From sequence record SRR20825006_999: a DNA stretch of 31,288 nucleotides; one strand, 5' to 3'. Shown here piece by piece: positions 27,034 to 31,288 of this stretch; within the stretch, counting starts at the first letter, position 1, and the number at the start of each line of letters is the position of its first letter. The translations under genes and the position numbers were made by a program. The notes under the pieces were generated by a model, which was not told the origin of the DNA, did not search any database, and saw only the letters and a list, made by a program, of their open reading frames with translations.

Positions 27034-28191
27034 ATGGAAAAAGTACTTTTTGGTATCGATCAATTTTGCGTTACGGGCAAACGAGATAAAAAAGTTCGTA
27101 TTGGTTTGGTGACAAATGATGCAGCTAAAAATGCTTTCGGGGTGAAATCAAGAGTTGCTTTAATTGACGTTGGCTTTCAAGTTGTGAAGCTTTTTTCCCC
27201 CGAACATGGTTTATCGGCCAATGCTGCCGACGGAGCTTGGGTTCCAAATAAAACCGATGACTTAACCAATTTACCTGTTGTTAGTTTGTATGGGGACAAA
27301 TTGCGTCCAACTGAAGAGGATTTACACGATGTGGACGCAATTGTCTTTGATATTCCTGATATAGGTTGCCGGTTTTATACCTACTTATGGACCATGACAC
27401 ATATCATGGAGGCTTGTGCTGAACATCACAAAGAATTTATTGTTTTGGATAGACCCAGCCCTTTAAGTGGAGATTTAACCCAAGCTGAAGGACCATTATT
27501 AGATTCCACGTGTTCTTCTTTTATTGGTCGATGGAATATTCCAATCAGGCATAGCTGCACCCTTGGAGAATTAGCAAACTATTTCGCATCTAACCACATT
27601 CCCAATCTTGATTTACAAGTTTTGAAAATTCAGAATTGGAATAGAAAAGATTTTCCTAATCAAGGAAACTGGGATTTTGAACCGACATCACCTGCTATTA
27701 AAGATTCAGAAACAGCTCTAATCTATCCAGGTTTAGGATTGCTGGAAGGAATCAATGTTAATGAAGGTAGAGGCACTGGAAAGGAGTTCAAGGTCTTAGG
27801 CGCTCCGTGGATAGATACGACCTCTTTAAAAGCCAACCTCGATAACTTAAACTTGCCCGGCATTTCCTTTTCTGAGATCCGATATACGCCAGATTGGGGA
27901 TTGTACCAAGGTGAAGTTTGTTTTGGGTTAAGCTTAAATATAACCAATGCGCAAACCTTTCGGCCCGTCTCGCTAGGAATTGAAATACTAAAACAACTGA
28001 TTACAGAATATCCAAATGAGTGTAAAGAACGGTTGTACATAACAAACGCCAATCCAAATGGAGATGGTCATTTAGATAAGTTATTGGGCGTCCATAATTC
28101 CTTCCAAAAACTAAAAAAGAACCTGACTATAAAGTCCGAACTCCGTAAAGACGAATGGCAGGAAATAATTGAACCTTCACTTATATACTAG
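27034..28191 (+). CDS. DUF1343 / NamZ-family exo-beta-N-acetylmuramidase
   Basis: IGLVTN, LFSPEHG, VSLYG, FDIPDIGCRFYTY, VLDRP, NEGRGT. Confidence 0.85.
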   Translation: MEKVLFGIDQFCVTGKRDKKVRIGLVTNDAAKNAFGVKSRVALIDVGFQVVKLFSPEHGLSANAADGAWVPNKTDDLTNLPVVSLYGDKLRPTEEDLHDVDAIVFDIPDIGCRFYTYLWTMTHIMEACAEHHKEFIVLDRPSPLSGDLTQAEGPLLDSTCSSFIGRWNIPIRHSCTLGELANYFASNHIPNLDLQVLKIQNWNRKDFPNQGNWDFEPTSPAIKDSETALIYPGLGLLEGINVNEGRGTGKEFKVLGAPWIDTTSLKANLDNLNLPGISFSEIRYTPDWGLYQGEVCFGLSLNITNAQTFRPVSLGIEILKQLITEYPNECKERLYITNANPNGDGHLDKLLGVHNSFQKLKKNLTIKSELRKDEWQEIIEPSLIY

Positions 28192-28224
28192 ATGAATCTC
28201 CTTACTAACTACTAACTACTACCA

Positions 28225-28266
28225 TCCATTTTGAAATAGAATTGGTTTTAATCATCTTATGCCCTG
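28225..28266 (+). repeat. 42-bp intergenic promoter-like repeat, copy 2
   Basis: TCCATTTTGAAATAgaattggTTTTAaTCATCTTaTgCcCTG; 37/42 identical to copy 3. Confidence 0.85.
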
Positions 28267-28306
28267 CTTTTTTTAAGTTGAAATTCCGAACACAAAATGA
28301 ATTTAT

Positions 28307-28837
28307 ATGAAAAAGATTATTTACTACGTAGCAAGTTCTCTTGACGGATATATAGCAGGAAAGAATGACGATATAAGTCAATTCATACTTCAAGGGAAAG
28401 GAGTTGAGAAATATCAACAGGATCTTTCAACGTTTGAAACGGTCATCATGGGTAGGAGAACCTATGAATTTGGTTTCCAATATGGACTTCAGCCAGGTCA
28501 ACCCGCCTACCCAAATATGGAACACTATATTTTTTCTGATTCAATGAACATTAAGGATTTAGCAAACACTGTTCATATTGAGAAAAAATCCATCCAAAGA
28601 GTGCTCGAAATCAAAGAAAGCTCTACTACAGACATTTACTTGTGTGGTGGCGGTGACTTTGCTGGATGGCTTTTAGACAATGGACTGATTGATCAACTCA
28701 AATTGAAATTGAATCCCATTATTCTTGGGGAAGGCATTAGATTATTTGGAAATTCCAAATCGACTCAAAAATGGAAGTTAGTTGATACAGAATCTTTTGA
28801 CAATGGTCTTCAAATTCTGACGTATGAAAAGGAATAG
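28307..28837 (+). CDS. Dihydrofolate reductase / RibD C-terminal family protein
   Basis: ASSLDGYIA, MGRRTYE, IYLCGGG, PIILGEGIRLF. Confidence 0.9.
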   Translation: MKKIIYYVASSLDGYIAGKNDDISQFILQGKGVEKYQQDLSTFETVIMGRRTYEFGFQYGLQPGQPAYPNMEHYIFSDSMNIKDLANTVHIEKKSIQRVLEIKESSTTDIYLCGGGDFAGWLLDNGLIDQLKLKLNPIILGEGIRLFGNSKSTQKWKLVDTESFDNGLQILTYEKE

Positions 28838-28885
28838 AATGAAGCTTAGGCTACCATTATCATCTCTAAATCACAATCCTGACTA

Positions 28886-29356
28886 ATGATACAAATTGTT
28901 GCTTATGAAAGTTCTCATCAAAATGGGATTGATGAGATGATGAATGGAATTGCATTGGAATTTGAAGAGCAAATAATCCCCAAGACTACTTCTAAAACCC
29001 CTATTGTACCAGATAAATATTGGGTTGCATTAAGTAACGGAGAAGTTGTAGGAACGGTCGGAATTATTGTTGTAGAAAAGGGTTTTGGGATATTGAAAAA
29101 AATGATGGTTAAAAAAGAATTTCGAGGCAAGGAATTTGGTATATCTAAACTATTACTCGAAACCGTTTTTGATTGGTGTAAAGAACATCGAATTCCTAAA
29201 CTTTATCTAGGAACAATGATTCAATTTAAAGCAGCTCAATCTTTTTATGGAAAAAACGGATTTATACAAATAGCGGAAAATGAATTGCCTCCTAACTTCT
29301 TAATCAATCCTTTAGATAAGGTGTTCTTTGTTCAAGAGTTGAATATCAAGTATTAG
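28886..29356 (+). CDS. GNAT family N-acetyltransferase
   Basis: VVGTVG, LKKMMVKKEFRGK, LYLGT, AAQSFYGKNGF. Confidence 0.9.
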   Translation: MIQIVAYESSHQNGIDEMMNGIALEFEEQIIPKTTSKTPIVPDKYWVALSNGEVVGTVGIIVVEKGFGILKKMMVKKEFRGKEFGISKLLLETVFDWCKEHRIPKLYLGTMIQFKAAQSFYGKNGFIQIAENELPPNFLINPLDKVFFVQELNIKY

Positions 29357-29504
29357 ATTTATACAAATTTAGTTGTTCTGTAGTCTAATTCCTGATTAAT
29401 ACTTCTCTCTCCTTTTGGCTTTTTCCAATACTAAAATCTTTTTCAGAAAAAACCCTCGATTATCTTAGGTCTTATATATTTCGTCTCCCTTCTATATTCA
29501 ATCT

Positions 29505-29546
29505 TCCATTTTGAAATAGAATCAGTTTTATTCATCTTATTCTCTG
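29505..29546 (+). repeat. 42-bp intergenic promoter-like repeat, copy 3
   Basis: TCCATTTTGAAATAgaatcagTTTTAtTCATCTTaTtCtCTG. Confidence 0.85.
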
Positions 29547-29617
29547 ATTTTAAAAGCTTAAACTGAGAAACAATCTCCTTAACCTATTGTTTTAATACTA
29601 TACTAATCAGCAATAAA

Positions 29618-31288
29618 ATGACAAGATATTTTATATTTTTCCTTCTCTTCATTAGCACTTCAGTTTTTGCACAGACAAATTTTAATGAAAAGAATCTTGA
29701 TAAAAAGCTTTTAGAATTACAGAAAACTACTCAAACAGTTGGATTTTCTGTTGCAATAGTTAAAGGAAACGAGATTATCTACGCTAAAGGATTTGGATAT
29801 AGAGATCTAGAACAGAAATTAAAAGTAGATGAGAATACACTTTTCGCTATTGGCTCAACTACAAAAGCATTTACCACTGCTTTACTCGGCATAATGGAGG
29901 AAGAAAAAGGATTGTCTTTTAATGATAGCCCAAAAAAATACTTACCCGAACTTGAATTTTACAACGATGAGTTAAATAACACGATTACCATTTTAGATAT
30001 GGTTAGTCATCGTACAGGTTTACCTCGTCATGATTTGTCTTGGTATTTATTCCCTACTGATGACAAAAGTGAGTTGATAGCTCGTGTAGAATATCAGGAA
30101 CCTTTTACTGGTATCCGAGAGCAATGGTATTACAACAATTTCATGTATTTAGCTCAAGGTTTAATCACCGAGAAACTTACTGGCAAAAGTTGGGAAGACA
30201 ATATTAGAGAACGTTTTTTTAAGCCCTTGAATATGACAACTTCAACCTTAAGTATTGAAGAACTAAAAGAACAATCCAATATCTCAAAAGGCTATTCACT
30301 AGAAGATTTCGAGACAAGCAATGTAACACCTTACTACGATATTGCGTCAATGAGTCCTGCAGGAAGTATTAACAGCAGTGCGAAAGAAATGGCTAACTGG
30401 TTAAAGGTTTGGTTAAACGAGGGTAAATTCAACAACAAACAGATAATACCTGCTAAATATGTTGAGAAAGCTATTAACCCATTAATGCTAGTTGGTAATG
30501 GAATAGCAGATGAACAATTTCCAGACCAACATTTAAACAGCTATGGTTATGCTTGGTTCATATCTTCCTACAAAGGACATTATAGATTAGAACATGGTGG
30601 AAACATTGATGGATTTTCGGCAAATGTAGCCTTTTTTCCTACCGATGATATAGGCATTGTGGTTCTCGTCAATCAAGATGGATCTGGGTTACCTACTTTG
30701 GTAAGAAATGCAATTTCTGATGAAATTTTAGGTCTAGAAAAAACAGACTGGAAAACCTATTACAACGAGATCATATCTAGTCTTAAAAAACAGGAGGAAG
30801 AGGAAACTCAAGAACAAGAAGAAGGCATCATACCTAATACTAACCCTACACATAGTTTAACCGAATATACTGGAGATTACACACACCAAGGCTACGGAAC
30901 GTTTAAGGTCGAAGTTAAAAACGATTCACTTTGGTCACATTTTCCCAGAGAAAAAGCGTATCTGAAACATACCCATTATGATATTTTCAAACCCTACCTG
31001 ATTGATGATAACACATTAGATATGGATGATTTGGGATTTAACTTCAACTTTCAAACTAACGAATTAGGCGACATAGAGTCTGTAAAAATAAAGTTAGAAC
31101 CTACTATAGAACCATTAGTCTTTAAAAGAACACCTGTAGAAATAGCTGTTTCAACAGACGTTTTAAACAAATTTATTGGAAGTTATTTGCTTCCTGGAAT
31201 GGAGCTAAAAGTTTCTATCAAAAAAGAAAAATTAAACCTACTTGTTCCTGGTCAGCCTGAATACACCTTAATTCCTATAAAAGAAAAT
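29618..31288 (+). CDS. Serine hydrolase, beta-lactamase/AmpC-like family with DUF3471-like C-terminal domain (3' truncated by the window)
   Basis: Not in the ORF track because there is no stop in the window. MTRYFIFFLLFISTSVFAQ signal peptide, FAIGSTTK (SxxK), HRTGLPRHD, WYYNN (YxN), LEHGGNIDGFS, YTGDYTHQGYG. Still in frame at ...TLIPIKEN at the edge. Confidence 0.9.
   Translation, partial: MTRYFIFFLLFISTSVFAQTNFNEKNLDKKLLELQKTTQTVGFSVAIVKGNEIIYAKGFGYRDLEQKLKVDENTLFAIGSTTKAFTTALLGIMEEEKGLSFNDSPKKYLPELEFYNDELNNTITILDMVSHRTGLPRHDLSWYLFPTDDKSELIARVEYQEPFTGIREQWYYNNFMYLAQGLITEKLTGKSWEDNIRERFFKPLNMTTSTLSIEELKEQSNISKGYSLEDFETSNVTPYYDIASMSPAGSINSSAKEMANWLKVWLNEGKFNNKQIIPAKYVEKAINPLMLVGNGIADEQFPDQHLNSYGYAWFISSYKGHYRLEHGGNIDGFSANVAFFPTDDIGIVVLVNQDGSGLPTLVRNAISDEILGLEKTDWKTYYNEIISSLKKQEEEETQEQEEGIIPNTNPTHSLTEYTGDYTHQGYGTFKVEVKNDSLWSHFPREKAYLKHTHYDIFKPYLIDDNTLDMDDLGFNFNFQTNELGDIESVKIKLEPTIEPLVFKRTPVEIAVSTDVLNKFIGSYLLPGMELKVSIKKEKLNLLVPGQPEYTLIPIKEN

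Noticed and set aside
27723-29130. Minus-strand ORFs at 27723, 28205 and 28918
   Set aside because: Antisense shadows of plus-strand genes.
26957-29546. 42-bp repeats as a CRISPR array
   Set aside because: Copies are about 1.3 kb apart, separated by whole genes, non-palindromic, and there are no cas genes.
28307-31288. RibD-C, GNAT and serine hydrolase as bona fide antibiotic-resistance genes (dfr, aac, ampC)
   Set aside because: Only superfamily-level motifs. The hydrolase has HGG rather than KTG plus extra C-terminal domains, typical of peptidases and esterases.

Overview
AT-rich bacterial chromosomal window. The gene repertoire and style suggest Bacteroidota/Balneolota (Balneola-like); this taxonomic call is inferred. 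Three zones. (1) 1-6479, minus strand: a tightly coupled operon of a sensor-less hybrid histidine kinase, a REC+GAF-like regulator, two PelF-like GT4 glycosyltransferases and a PelG-like exporter that runs off the left edge, i.e. a Pel/galactosaminogalactan-type exopolysaccharide locus. (2) About 6600-24000: mostly plus-strand housekeeping and envelope genes (PagL-like deacylase, cyclophilin, beta-helix repeat protein, exported MsrB, bPH_2 protein, NSS transporter, DUF2723/TMEM260-like GT-C protein, YbeY, DUF445, S8 protease, FAD oxidoreductase, DUF971, YajQ). (3) About 24000-31288: a run of co-oriented, functionally unrelated accessory genes after yajQ. Their spacers share a 42-bp promoter-like repeat (3 copies) and further degenerate homologous blocks, suggesting a cassette-like array. 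Two edge-truncated genes missing from the ORF track were added. I found no rRNA, tRNA, CRISPR array, transposase or integrase.
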